64,000 bases of DNA from an uncultured Candidatus Saccharibacteria bacterium. Lineage in GTDB: Bacteria; Patescibacteriota; Saccharimonadia; Saccharimonadales; JAGQNJ01. Numbering within the stretch: the first letter of the stretch is position 1; the number at the start of each line of letters is the position of its first letter. Positions 19,091 to 27,809 of the stretch are shown here, in pieces. The notes under the pieces were generated by a model. That model did no database searches. It had not been told where the DNA came from and worked only from the letters and a program-made list of their open reading frames with translations. The stretch covers positions 52,295-116,294 of the forward strand of contig OZ246406.1 in assembly GCA_965231045.1 (NCBI GenBank), written 5' to 3'. A program made the position numbers and the translations under genes.

Positions 19091-20623
19091 ATGTTGTGGT
19101 TAAGTAAAGTCGTTGATGAGCTTGAGAAGCGCCATCCTGAAGGCGAAATTGTGTTGTCTTCTGGTGTTTCGCCATCCGGTACTTATCATTTGGGCACTTT
19201 GCGAGAAGTCCTGACGGCGGAAGCTTTGGCTCGAGAAATTCGTCGCCGTGGCCGTAAAGCTCACCATATACATGTCGTTGATGACTTAGACGTTTTTCGC
19301 AAGGTACCAGCCGGTGTGCCCGAAAAGTGGCAAGAATATCTTGGCATGCCACTTTGTGATGTCCCGGCACCAGATGGTTCAGATCGATCATACGCTGATT
19401 ATTACTTTGCCGATATGCTTGAGGCCGCCAAAGCCCTTAAGTTGGATATTGATGTCATGCGCTCACATCTAAAATATCGTGATGGATTTTTTGTTCCAGC
19501 GATTGAAAAAGCCCTGACACATACCGAAGATATCAAAAAAATCCTTGAAGATGTTTCGGGTCGCAAGCTCGAAGAGTCCTGGACTCCAATTCAAGTCATA
19601 GAAGATGGTCGGCTCAAGAACCGCCCATTTGTAAGTATCGATACCGCCAAAACGGAAGTTACTTACCTTAATAAAGATGATAAAGAACAAGCCGTGTCAT
19701 ATGCTAAGGGTGAAGTTAAGCTAAGTTGGCGCATTGATTGGCCGGCCAGGTGGTGGCTACTCAAAGTTGATGCTGAGCCATTTGGTAGAGATCACGGTAC
19801 TAAAGGTGGATCATATGATACCGGCAAGCCAATTGCCAAGGAAGTCTTTAGCATTGATGCACCATTTCCGCTAACTTATAACTTTATAAATCGTACTGGT
19901 GCGACGAAAAAAATGAGCAAGAGTTCTGGTGATACGATTACGGCTGCTGAATTGCTGAAAATGTTGCCAGCCGAAGTCGTTTGGTACTTTGTTATTCGTT
20001 ACGCACCAGATAAATTGCTGTTTTTTGATGAGGGCGATACCTTGATGCGCGTCATTGATGAGTTTAGTGAACTGTTGGCCAAACAAAACAAGACCGAAGA
20101 AGAACAACAGTTGATCGACATATGTACAGATGGTGTTACAGATCGAACGATAAGTCACATCCCGTTCACTTTACTAGTCGCCAGTTATCAAGCCGGACTG
20201 AAAGATCCTGATCGCACACTCGAAATTATTAAGCGAAGTGAGTATAAAGAAGTAGCTGAACAACAAGAGGAAATTATTAAGGCCGAGCTGTCATTTATTG
20301 ACGAATGGCTTAAAAAGTCAGCATCTGATGATGTTAAATTCGAGTTACTAGAGACTGTTGATTCAGCAAAATTTAGCCCTGAGCAAAAAACATTTATGTC
20401 ACAACTGGCTGATAAGATCGAAAAAGCGCCAGATGATGTTGACGGCGAATGGTTTCACAAGGCAGTTTATGAATTTAAAGACACAACTAATTTTGAGCCC
20501 AAGGAATTATTCAGCACTTTGTACCAAGCCTTGATCGGAAAAAATTCTGGCCCGAGGGCAGGGTGGTTTTTAAGTTTATTACCGCGCGATTGGCTTATCA
20601 AACGCTTAAAACTTGAGGGGTAG
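19091..20623 (+). CDS. lysK: Lysyl-tRNA synthetase, class I
   Basis: Rossmann-type signatures: HIGH-like SGTYHLGTLREV and KMSKS (KKMSKSSG). 510 aa. No class II motifs. Confidence 0.85.
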   Translation: MLWLSKVVDELEKRHPEGEIVLSSGVSPSGTYHLGTLREVLTAEALAREIRRRGRKAHHIHVVDDLDVFRKVPAGVPEKWQEYLGMPLCDVPAPDGSDRSYADYYFADMLEAAKALKLDIDVMRSHLKYRDGFFVPAIEKALTHTEDIKKILEDVSGRKLEESWTPIQVIEDGRLKNRPFVSIDTAKTEVTYLNKDDKEQAVSYAKGEVKLSWRIDWPARWWLLKVDAEPFGRDHGTKGGSYDTGKPIAKEVFSIDAPFPLTYNFINRTGATKKMSKSSGDTITAAELLKMLPAEVVWYFVIRYAPDKLLFFDEGDTLMRVIDEFSELLAKQNKTEEEQQLIDICTDGVTDRTISHIPFTLLVASYQAGLKDPDRTLEIIKRSEYKEVAEQQEEIIKAELSFIDEWLKKSASDDVKFELLETVDSAKFSPEQKTFMSQLADKIEKAPDDVDGEWFHKAVYEFKDTTNFEPKELFSTLYQALIGKNSGPRAGWFLSLLPRDWLIKRLKLEG

Positions 20624-20624
20624 T

Positions 20625-21455
20625 ATGGGTGAGATTAAAGCAATAATATCTGATGCCGATGGGACACTCGTAGATACACTGTATCTTATTCGACATGGTC
20701 AATATGAGGCCGCAGTTGAATACTTAACAGCACGGGGTGTGTCGCGTGCACATCTCCCACTGTACGAAATATACGAAGACTTTATAAATAAATCTGTTGG
20801 GGGGCCAACACGAGATACATTCGAAAAAACCTTATCCTTACTGTTTGAAAAGCATGCTTCTGTTGATTTAGGTGAGCATGACTATAGTGAGCTTGATCTG
20901 AGTTTGCGACCAATTCAGGATAGAATTGCCCCTCTTTATGTACATCCATTCCATGGGTTAACCGAACTATTTTCATGGCTTGGTGAGAACAATATTGCAC
21001 TAGGTATTTTCACCAGTGGAGAACCTCACCATATTGTTCGCAACTTTGGCGTATCTTTGCCGGCTTTGGGGTATGAGGATTTATATAAAGACACCAACTC
21101 TAGCGACCAAGAAAAACTAAATGCGTTTATAACACGGACAAAGGCAGTGTTTAATATACCTAAATTTGCTATATCGACTTGCGATGACGTCACTGCATTT
21201 AAACCAGACCCTGAAGGAATTCTACGGCTTATGGATGAACTTGGTGTTGCTCCTGATGAGGTAATTGCACTAGGTGATCATCCGGTTGATATGCACGCTG
21301 CAAAGGCAGCAAATATTTACGCCATAGGCATTACTCATGGTTTTGGTAGCCCGGCAGAACTTAAATCAGCAGGGGCTATTGATACAACAAGCTCATTACA
21401 CGAAGTCATGAGCGCAATTAGTGATCACAATAAAGGCCATAGGAGTTTATTCTAA
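20625..21455 (+). CDS. HAD-superfamily hydrolase
   Basis: Motif I IISDADGT, late motif ALGDHPVDMHAAKAA. GAGGGG SD lies 5 nt before the ATG at 20625; the ORF-track TTG start at 20613 is rejected. Confidence 0.75.
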   Translation: MGEIKAIISDADGTLVDTLYLIRHGQYEAAVEYLTARGVSRAHLPLYEIYEDFINKSVGGPTRDTFEKTLSLLFEKHASVDLGEHDYSELDLSLRPIQDRIAPLYVHPFHGLTELFSWLGENNIALGIFTSGEPHHIVRNFGVSLPALGYEDLYKDTNSSDQEKLNAFITRTKAVFNIPKFAISTCDDVTAFKPDPEGILRLMDELGVAPDEVIALGDHPVDMHAAKAANIYAIGITHGFGSPAELKSAGAIDTTSSLHEVMSAISDHNKGHRSLF

Positions 21456-21896
21456 GTGGCAAAAGTTATTACTGTTTGTTCGAGTGCATCGTTTTATAAG
21501 CATGTGAATGAAATTGCCGACAAGCTGCGGCAAAAGGGCTTTGAAGTTATCGTGCCTGAAAGTGCTGAAAAAATGCGTAAGACTGGTAACTATGATGTCA
21601 AAAGCCATAAAACTTGGTATGACAACCCAGCAGATTTTAAGCGCAAAAAAGAACTTATGGATGCTCATTTTGCTGAGGTAGAGAAAGCTGATGCAATCCT
21701 GATGGTCAACGATGAGAAACATGGTAAGTCTGGTTATATTGGTCCAAATGGACTCATGGAAATGACGCTGGCTTATTACCTTAAAAAGCCAATATATGTA
21801 CTGAATGATGTGCCAAAAGATTTGAATGTTTATGAGGAAGTAATTGGCATGGGCTGCCAACTGCTCAATGGCAATTTGGAAGGGATAAATATCTAG
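21456..21896 (+). CDS. Nucleoside 2-deoxyribosyltransferase-like Rossmann protein
   Basis: VITVCSSASF N-terminal strand. GPNGLMEMTLAYYLKKPIYVL resembles the D-x-G-T-x-x-E-x-G-x-A...KP catalytic-Glu block of NDT/Rcl-like proteins. GTG start. Confidence 0.45.
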   Translation: MAKVITVCSSASFYKHVNEIADKLRQKGFEVIVPESAEKMRKTGNYDVKSHKTWYDNPADFKRKKELMDAHFAEVEKADAILMVNDEKHGKSGYIGPNGLMEMTLAYYLKKPIYVLNDVPKDLNVYEEVIGMGCQLLNGNLEGINI

Positions 21897-22264
21897 TGCA
21901 GATGCCAACAGATGATGAATTCGATCAAATAATTTCGGAAGCTCTTGATAAGCTACCAGAGAAATACACATCACGGCTCAAAAATGTGGCCATTCTATAT
22001 GAAGATGAACCCAGTCAGACGCAACGTGAAGCCGTGCAACTAAGGTGCGATCAGACGTTATTTGGATTGTACGAAGGGATACCATTACCAAAACGTGGCG
22101 GTATGCAACCGATCATGCCCGATAAAATTACTATTTTTAAAGTACCGCTCGCCCTAACAAGTCGTAACCTTGCAGAACTCAAAGAAAAGGTTAGACATAC
22201 CCTGTGGCATGAGATGGCACACTATTTTGGCCTAGACCACAAACGTATCCATGAACTAGAATAA
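21896..22264 (+). CDS. Small zincin-like metallopeptidase (DUF1025-type)
   Basis: C-terminal HEMAHYFG (HExxH) in a 122-aa protein. General layout matches the minimal zincin family. Confidence 0.6.
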   Translation: MQMPTDDEFDQIISEALDKLPEKYTSRLKNVAILYEDEPSQTQREAVQLRCDQTLFGLYEGIPLPKRGGMQPIMPDKITIFKVPLALTSRNLAELKEKVRHTLWHEMAHYFGLDHKRIHELE

Positions 22265-22269
22265 AAGGG

Positions 22270-22575
22270 ATGAGAGCACTTCTGGGAGATAAAGTTATTG
22301 CTGAGGCCGACAAAGATGATTTGATTTATATTGAAGATCATTGGTATTTCCCGCCTTCAAAAGTTAACCAAGAATTATTACAAAAGAGTAGCACTCCATA
22401 CTATTGCCCATGGAAGGGTAAATGCCAGTATTTTAATGTGAATAACGGCTCAGAATCATGCCAGGACTGCGCGTTTAGCTATCCAAACCCCAAAAAATCA
22501 GCTATCAAAATTGTTAAAGATGATTTTAGCGACTACATAGCCTTTTGGCAGGAAGTTAAGGTAGAAGATGATTGA
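22270..22575 (+). CDS. DUF427-domain protein
   Basis: IEDHWYFPPSKVN...YYCPWKGKCQYFNV matches the DUF427 signature as I remember it. Confidence 0.6.
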   Translation: MRALLGDKVIAEADKDDLIYIEDHWYFPPSKVNQELLQKSSTPYYCPWKGKCQYFNVNNGSESCQDCAFSYPNPKKSAIKIVKDDFSDYIAFWQEVKVEDD

Positions 22576-23260
22576 AGTTCAGAACTTATCAAAGGTCTAT
22601 GGCAAAAAAGAAAACACTTTTTGGGCCTTGAAAGACGTAAGTTTTTCTATTCCCGAGGGGGCAACAGTCGCCATAGTTGGTAAGAGTGGCTCGGGCAAGA
22701 GCACTCTTATGCATATTATGAGTGGACTTGATCATCCATCAGACGGCACAGTTACAATTAATAAAACAGTGCTTCACTCTATGAAGAAAAAACAAATGGA
22801 TGCTTTTAGAGCTAATGAAATGAGCTTTATCTTTCAGTCATTCTTCGTAGAAGCCAATCAAACGTGCTTCCAGAACGTTATGCTACCACTTGAAATAGCT
22901 CAAACTGGGCGTCGTGAGCGAAAGAATAAAGTTCTTGATGCCCTAAAAAAAGTTGATCTTGATTCGAAAGTAAACGATAAAGCCGGCAACCTATCTGGTG
23001 GCCAAAAACAACGGCTAGCAATTGCTCGAGCGATTGTTAATAAGCCAAAATTAATCTTTGCCGATGAACCAACTGGAAATCTAGATAGTGTTACCGGCGA
23101 TAAAGTAACTGAGTTGTTATTTGATCTAAACAAGAGTCTTAAATGTACGTTAGTAATTGTTACTCACGATTTGGATATGGCCAAAAAATGTAAGGTACAG
23201 ATACATCTTAAGGATGGACAAATTGAGTCAATTATTGGTACGAAGAAAGGGCGTAAATAA
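22568..23260 (+). CDS. ABC transporter ATP-binding protein (MacB/LolD-like)
   Basis: Walker [10 protein letters not shown], signature [14 protein letters not shown], Walker B LIFADEPT. Confidence 0.9.
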   Translation: MIEVQNLSKVYGKKENTFWALKDVSFSIPEGATVAIVGKSGSGKSTLMHIMSGLDHPSDGTVTINKTVLHSMKKKQMDAFRANEMSFIFQSFFVEANQTCFQNVMLPLEIAQTGRRERKNKVLDALKKVDLDSKVNDKAGNLSGGQKQRLAIARAIVNKPKLIFADEPTGNLDSVTGDKVTELLFDLNKSLKCTLVIVTHDLDMAKKCKVQIHLKDGQIESIIGTKKGRK

Positions 23261-24630
23261 TGTATATAAGTGACATATTGCGTCGTAGTGGGCGGAGCTT
23301 AAGGCAGGCCAAAGCGCGGACTTTATTGACTGCGTTAGCCATTGCCGTCGGTACATTTGCTTTAACGTTAACTCTGGCAGCCAGCAATGGGGCACAAGCG
23401 TTTGTTAATCGGATTATTTCAGATAATTTTGATCCAGCTGAACTCATAGTAGCTAAAGATGAATCACTTTTTGGTCGTACAGATAGCTCAAAACCCAAAG
23501 AATACGACCCAAACTACAGCGATGCTCGCTCTGGTGCCGGTGCCACAATTCAGATTAAACAACTTAACGAGGAAGACATCCAAACGATAAAGAAAACAGC
23601 TGGTGTTGAAAGAGTTAGAGAAGGAATACAGCTTAATTTACAGTACGTTACTCGCCCTGATCAAAAGAAGTACATCGGGACAGTTGAGGCTTTTAATCCA
23701 GCGCAGCATCCAGACTTAGTGGCTGGGAAAATTCCAGAAACCCTAACCAATAAAAATATACTCATTCCGGAAGCTTATATAGATTCTCTTGGGTTCGAAA
23801 ACGCTCAGGATGCAGTGGGCAAAACCATAATTTTGGCCGTAAGAAAACCAGTCGACCCTGATGCTATCCAAGCGGCTCTGAAGCAGGGACTTGTCTCGAC
23901 ACAAGAGTTGCAGAACCTTAGTACTCCCCAAAGTGTTGAGGAAGTTTTTACGGTGGTTGGAGTTATGAAAAAACCAACAACTTCACAGCCGGGTACCGAA
24001 CTGTACATGTACATTGGTAATGACGATGCGATTGCTCTAAATGACATCGCCACAAAAGGAACCCAAAATTATCACAAATATACTTACGCTTACGTTGGCG
24101 TTAAGGATGGCCGTGATAAGCAAAAACTTCAGGCAGTTCAAAACAAACTAAAAGACATGAAATATAATGTTCAGAGCGTCGAAGACACACAGAAATTCCT
24201 AACCCAGATAATAAGCATCCTGCAGGGAATTGTGGTTGCTTTTGGTCTTATAGCTGTCGTGGCATCAGTGTTTGGAATTGTGAACACGATGTATATAAGT
24301 GTGTTACAACGCACCCGCGAAATTGGGTTAATGAAGGCACTAGGCATGCGTAAACGCGACATCGGTAGGTTATTCCGGTTTGAGGCCGCTTGGATTGGGT
24401 TCATTGGTGGTCTGATTGGCTCGGTAATTGCGTTTTTATTAGGAACGGCTCTAAACCCCTGGATTACGAAAAAACTCGCTTTAGGAGCTGGTGAGAAGCT
24501 TCTGATTTTTAAATTGCCACAGATTATTATCTTGATTGTTATCCTGATGGTTATAGCCACGCTAGCCGGTTTGTTGCCGTCACGTAAAGCTGCCAAACTA
24601 GATCCAATTGAAGCCTTGAGGACTGAGTAA
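23260..24630 (+). CDS. ABC transporter permease, FtsX/MacB-type with large extracytoplasmic domain
   Basis: N-terminal TM, about 270-aa loop, C-terminal FtsX-like 3-TM bundle (REIGLMKALGMRKRDI). Start overlaps the ATPase stop. Confidence 0.85.
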   Translation: MYISDILRRSGRSLRQAKARTLLTALAIAVGTFALTLTLAASNGAQAFVNRIISDNFDPAELIVAKDESLFGRTDSSKPKEYDPNYSDARSGAGATIQIKQLNEEDIQTIKKTAGVERVREGIQLNLQYVTRPDQKKYIGTVEAFNPAQHPDLVAGKIPETLTNKNILIPEAYIDSLGFENAQDAVGKTIILAVRKPVDPDAIQAALKQGLVSTQELQNLSTPQSVEEVFTVVGVMKKPTTSQPGTELYMYIGNDDAIALNDIATKGTQNYHKYTYAYVGVKDGRDKQKLQAVQNKLKDMKYNVQSVEDTQKFLTQIISILQGIVVAFGLIAVVASVFGIVNTMYISVLQRTREIGLMKALGMRKRDIGRLFRFEAAWIGFIGGLIGSVIAFLLGTALNPWITKKLALGAGEKLLIFKLPQIIILIVILMVIATLAGLLPSRKAAKLDPIEALRTE

Positions 24631-25152
24631 ATGGAAGAAGCAGTACTCGGCGGTGGGTGTTTTTGGTGCTTGGAAGCGAGCTTCCAGCTGATCAAAGGAG
24701 TACATAAAGTAACATCTGGGTATGCAGGTGGAAAATCAAAAAACCCAAGTTATTGGGATCTACATTCACCTCACAATACTCACGCAGAAGTAGTTAAAAT
24801 TGAGTTTGACCCAAAAATTATTAGTTATGAAGACATTCTGGATATATTTTGGGCAATACATGATCCGACTACTCTAAATCGACAGGGCCCGGATATTGGA
24901 GCTGAGTACAGATCGATTATTCTTTATATGAATGATGAGCAAAAGAAGATCGCCTTTGACTCAAAAGATAAAACTCAAAAACTCTGGGATGACCCGATTG
25001 TAACTGAAATAGAACCGCTAACGGAATTCCATGAGGCTGAAGAAGAACATCAAAACTTCTTTAAAAAGCATCCTGAACTTGGATACTGCCAAGTTGTTAT
25101 TAACCCAAAGCTCGAAAAACTTCGCAAAAAATTTGCAGCAAAACTAAAATAA
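24631..25152 (+). CDS. msrA: Peptide methionine (S)-sulfoxide reductase MsrA
   Basis: Active site GGGCFWCLEA plus GYAGG and HDPTTLNRQG. Confidence 0.95.
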   Translation: MEEAVLGGGCFWCLEASFQLIKGVHKVTSGYAGGKSKNPSYWDLHSPHNTHAEVVKIEFDPKIISYEDILDIFWAIHDPTTLNRQGPDIGAEYRSIILYMNDEQKKIAFDSKDKTQKLWDDPIVTEIEPLTEFHEAEEEHQNFFKKHPELGYCQVVINPKLEKLRKKFAAKLK

Positions 25153-25191
25153 GTGCATGGTAAACAATATTCATGCTAAACTAACCTTAAT

Positions 25192-25977
25192 ATGGCTGTG
25201 AGTAAAAAAAGAGACGTTTATACTGATATCCGGGTATTACAGCTTGCAAGAGTGGTAGCTTTCTTAATTGGCGCTGTGGTTGTCGGAGTATTATTGTGGG
25301 GCAAAACACTGCCACTAAACGTGACATACGTGACGAAAGACTCATTAGCGAGTGATGTCTCAACAGTATTTGTGCCAGCACTGCGTAACTTGCTAGATGT
25401 ACCAGTTGGCTTGTTAGCTGCCCTGGCGCTAGCGATTTCAGGTTTCTTTGGCCTGTATCGTTATACAAAAGGTGAGTCTGAGTATAAAAAATCAGTTAAG
25501 AAAAGTAGCGATAGCCTGAAATGGATTGACTTAGGTGCCAGTTCATCAATTATTATCAGCGTAGTAGCACTAACTTCAGGGGTCGCTGACGCAGGAACTA
25601 TAAAGATTGTAGCTGGCCTATTACTTGTTACAGCCGCCCTTGGCTGGCTGGCTGATAAGCAAAACGTTGCTGCGAAGAAACCTGATTACAGTGCTTTTGG
25701 TATAAGTGTTCTTAGCGGTCTGTTAGCCTGGGTTACGATAGTTGTGACTCTAATTTGCACGACTCTTTATGGTGAAGTTCGCATGCCTTGGTTTAGTTAT
25801 GCCTTAGCAGGTGTAGTCTTTGTCGGCTTCGCGGCTCTGGCTGTCAATCAGCTTTATAACATCCAAACGCGTAAACAGTGGAAGCAATATCCCTTCACTG
25901 AACGTAATTATTTGCTAATCGATATTGTACTTAAGGTAGCCTTCGTCGCAATTTTGACTATTGGTCTGAGAGGCTAG
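25192..25977 (+). CDS. Heliorhodopsin-like seven-transmembrane protein (divergent)
   Basis: Seven hydrophobic helices with a long loop after TM1. Blocks DVPVGLLAALALAISGFFGLY, SLKWIDLGASSSIIISVVALTSGVAD and ERNYLLIDIVLKVAFVAIL parallel TM2, TM3 and TM7 of prototype heliorhodopsin 48C12, recalled from memory, including the TM7 Lys. Confidence 0.6.
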   Translation: MAVSKKRDVYTDIRVLQLARVVAFLIGAVVVGVLLWGKTLPLNVTYVTKDSLASDVSTVFVPALRNLLDVPVGLLAALALAISGFFGLYRYTKGESEYKKSVKKSSDSLKWIDLGASSSIIISVVALTSGVADAGTIKIVAGLLLVTAALGWLADKQNVAAKKPDYSAFGISVLSGLLAWVTIVVTLICTTLYGEVRMPWFSYALAGVVFVGFAALAVNQLYNIQTRKQWKQYPFTERNYLLIDIVLKVAFVAILTIGLRG

Positions 25978-25981
25978 TATA

Positions 25982-26662
25982 GTGCGTGGCAATATTGCCA
26001 AAAAGGCTCAGTTGCCTCTGAGTGTTAATACGCCTAAAAATATTATTTTTGACTTCGATGGGACGATTGCCAACACTTTGCCAATTGTAATTGACCTAGT
26101 TGAACATTGGTCGGTAAGTAACATAAAACTTACACCAGAATTAATTGACGAACTTCGCGGTTTACCAGCCCAGCAAGTCATTAAACGCGCTGGCATACCA
26201 CTGAGAAAAATTCCTGGGCTAATTACTAGGGGGCGCAAAGAGCTGATTGAGAAACTGGCGGATGCCAAACCATTCGAAGACATTATCGAGGTTATTGAAA
26301 GATTGGCCGAAAAGCATAATTTATATGTGATGAGTAGTAATAGTAGCGGCAATATCAATCAATTCCTGCAAACCTATAACGTTTCGCAGCACTTCCGAGC
26401 GATTTATGGAAATGTATCAGTCTTTGGTAAAACTAAGATGATGAAAAAGATCATCAAGCTTGAACGATTAGACAAAGATGCTTGTATATATGTTGGTGAT
26501 GAAACACGTGATATTGAGGCGGCACATCGAGCGAAACTACCAATTGTATCTGTAACATGGGGTTTTAATAGCAAAAAGATTTTAGTTAAATACAAGCCAG
26601 ACTTTTTAGCTAACCAACCAAATGATTTGTTAAAAATACTGAATAAGAATGCGACTACATAG
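25982..26662 (+). CDS. HAD-superfamily phosphatase (phosphoglycolate phosphatase-like)
   Basis: Motif I IIFDFDGTIANT, motif IV YVGDETRDIEAAHRA. Confidence 0.8.
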   Translation: MRGNIAKKAQLPLSVNTPKNIIFDFDGTIANTLPIVIDLVEHWSVSNIKLTPELIDELRGLPAQQVIKRAGIPLRKIPGLITRGRKELIEKLADAKPFEDIIEVIERLAEKHNLYVMSSNSSGNINQFLQTYNVSQHFRAIYGNVSVFGKTKMMKKIIKLERLDKDACIYVGDETRDIEAAHRAKLPIVSVTWGFNSKKILVKYKPDFLANQPNDLLKILNKNATT

Positions 26663-27341
26663 ATTTTACATTAGCCCAAAAACTCACAAGCTAGCCAATA
26701 AGTTTTGGCTACAAGACAAAGACATTGTAAATCAATGGCAAAGAGTTCTGCGCTATAAAGTTGGTCAACAAGTTGTGCTATTTGATGGCGAACAGCATGA
26801 ACGACTGTACAAGATTACTAAGTTTGAGCCCGAAGCCGCGGATCTTGAACTGGTGACTGAAATGACTAGAAAACTGCCAAGCAAAGATATTTATTTGGCT
26901 TGGGCTTTGCTAAAGAAGGACAAGAACGATTGGGTGCTACAAAAATGTACTGAGCTGGGAGTAAACCACTTTATCCCTATTTTGAGCGAACGTTGTGAAA
27001 AAACTGGCTTTAATATGGATCGGGCTAAAAAGATTGTTACTGAAGCTAGTGAGCAGTGCGGACGCGGCAACATACCAAATGTAAGAGAACCAATTCTTTT
27101 AGACACATTATTCGAGGAATTTGAGCGCAAAATACCTATAATGGTCTGCGAGCAAGGCGGACAAAGTCAATTCGATATGGATGCAAACAAATTTGTCTTG
27201 GTTGTAGGCCCGGAAGGTGGTTGGACTGATAAAGAATTAGCTATGTTTAAGGATAATAACGTACAAGTTGTAACTATGGGTGACTTTACGCATCGCGCGG
27301 AAACAGCATCAGTAGCAGCAGTTAGTAAGCTGGTATTATAA
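26649..27341 (+). CDS. rsmE: 16S rRNA (uracil1498-N3)-methyltransferase RsmE
   Basis: MRLHRFYI N-terminus and GPEGGWT SAM-binding knot motif. Confidence 0.85.
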   Translation: MRLHRFYISPKTHKLANKFWLQDKDIVNQWQRVLRYKVGQQVVLFDGEQHERLYKITKFEPEAADLELVTEMTRKLPSKDIYLAWALLKKDKNDWVLQKCTELGVNHFIPILSERCEKTGFNMDRAKKIVTEASEQCGRGNIPNVREPILLDTLFEEFERKIPIMVCEQGGQSQFDMDANKFVLVVGPEGGWTDKELAMFKDNNVQVVTMGDFTHRAETASVAAVSKLVL

Positions 27342-27345
27342 CCAC

Positions 27346-27777
27346 ATGAAAGAAGCCGAAGAAATATCCAAAGAGGAAGCTGCACTTATAAAATCAGCTG
27401 AATATAATGGCGATGAGTTTGCGATTCCATTCTGGTTTCGATGGATATCAGTAGTTGTATATTTGATTGGCCTGCTGGCATCTCTAGCAATATTTGTGTG
27501 GCTAATATCTAAGCAAGGTTCAGGACAAGGATTTGGCCTGGTTATCTATTTCATAAATGGCTGCATAATGTTTGTGCTATTTCCATTCTGGATCGTAGCC
27601 AACATCGTTAAGTACAAAAAATTTCTCGGAGCATTAACGCCAGAACAAAAACAGGCTTTTTACGAGATCCAGAAATCAAAACTCGTCAGAATCAAAATTC
27701 TAGTTTTCTTTGCTTCTGTGGGCACAATATTATTCGTATCAATATTATTGATTATTCTCCAATTGTTTTTCACCTAG
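27346..27777 (+). CDS. Small membrane protein, unknown function
   Basis: 143 aa with three or four hydrophobic helices. No motif recognised. Confidence 0.5.
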   Translation: MKEAEEISKEEAALIKSAEYNGDEFAIPFWFRWISVVVYLIGLLASLAIFVWLISKQGSGQGFGLVIYFINGCIMFVLFPFWIVANIVKYKKFLGALTPEQKQAFYEIQKSKLVRIKILVFFASVGTILFVSILLIILQLFFT

Positions 27778-27809
27778 GCTCGGATAATTAAGATATAATA
27801 CCTGACACT

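Noticed and set aside
21447-21974. 175-aa ORF on the - strand covering the whole NDT-like gene
   Set aside because: Its composition is Phe/Ile/His/Leu-rich and mirrors the + strand codons. It has no motif, and it runs against the local all-plus operon. It is treated as an antisense shadow ORF.
23792-23800. T-loop-like GGTTCGAAA
   Set aside because: It lies in frame inside the ABC permease gene, and no cloverleaf can be built around it.
24171-24695. 174-aa antisense ORF inside the ABC permease / msrA junction
   Set aside because: The + strand carries clear FtsX-type permease and MsrA motifs. The antisense product is low-complexity Ser/Ile/Pro-rich. It is a shadow ORF. The same reasoning applies to 61408-61878 (-), 17252-17614 (-), 17874-18239 (-), 18250-18585 (-), 26008-26358 (-), 37080-37409 (-), 56933-57307 (-) and the other short antisense ORFs in the track.
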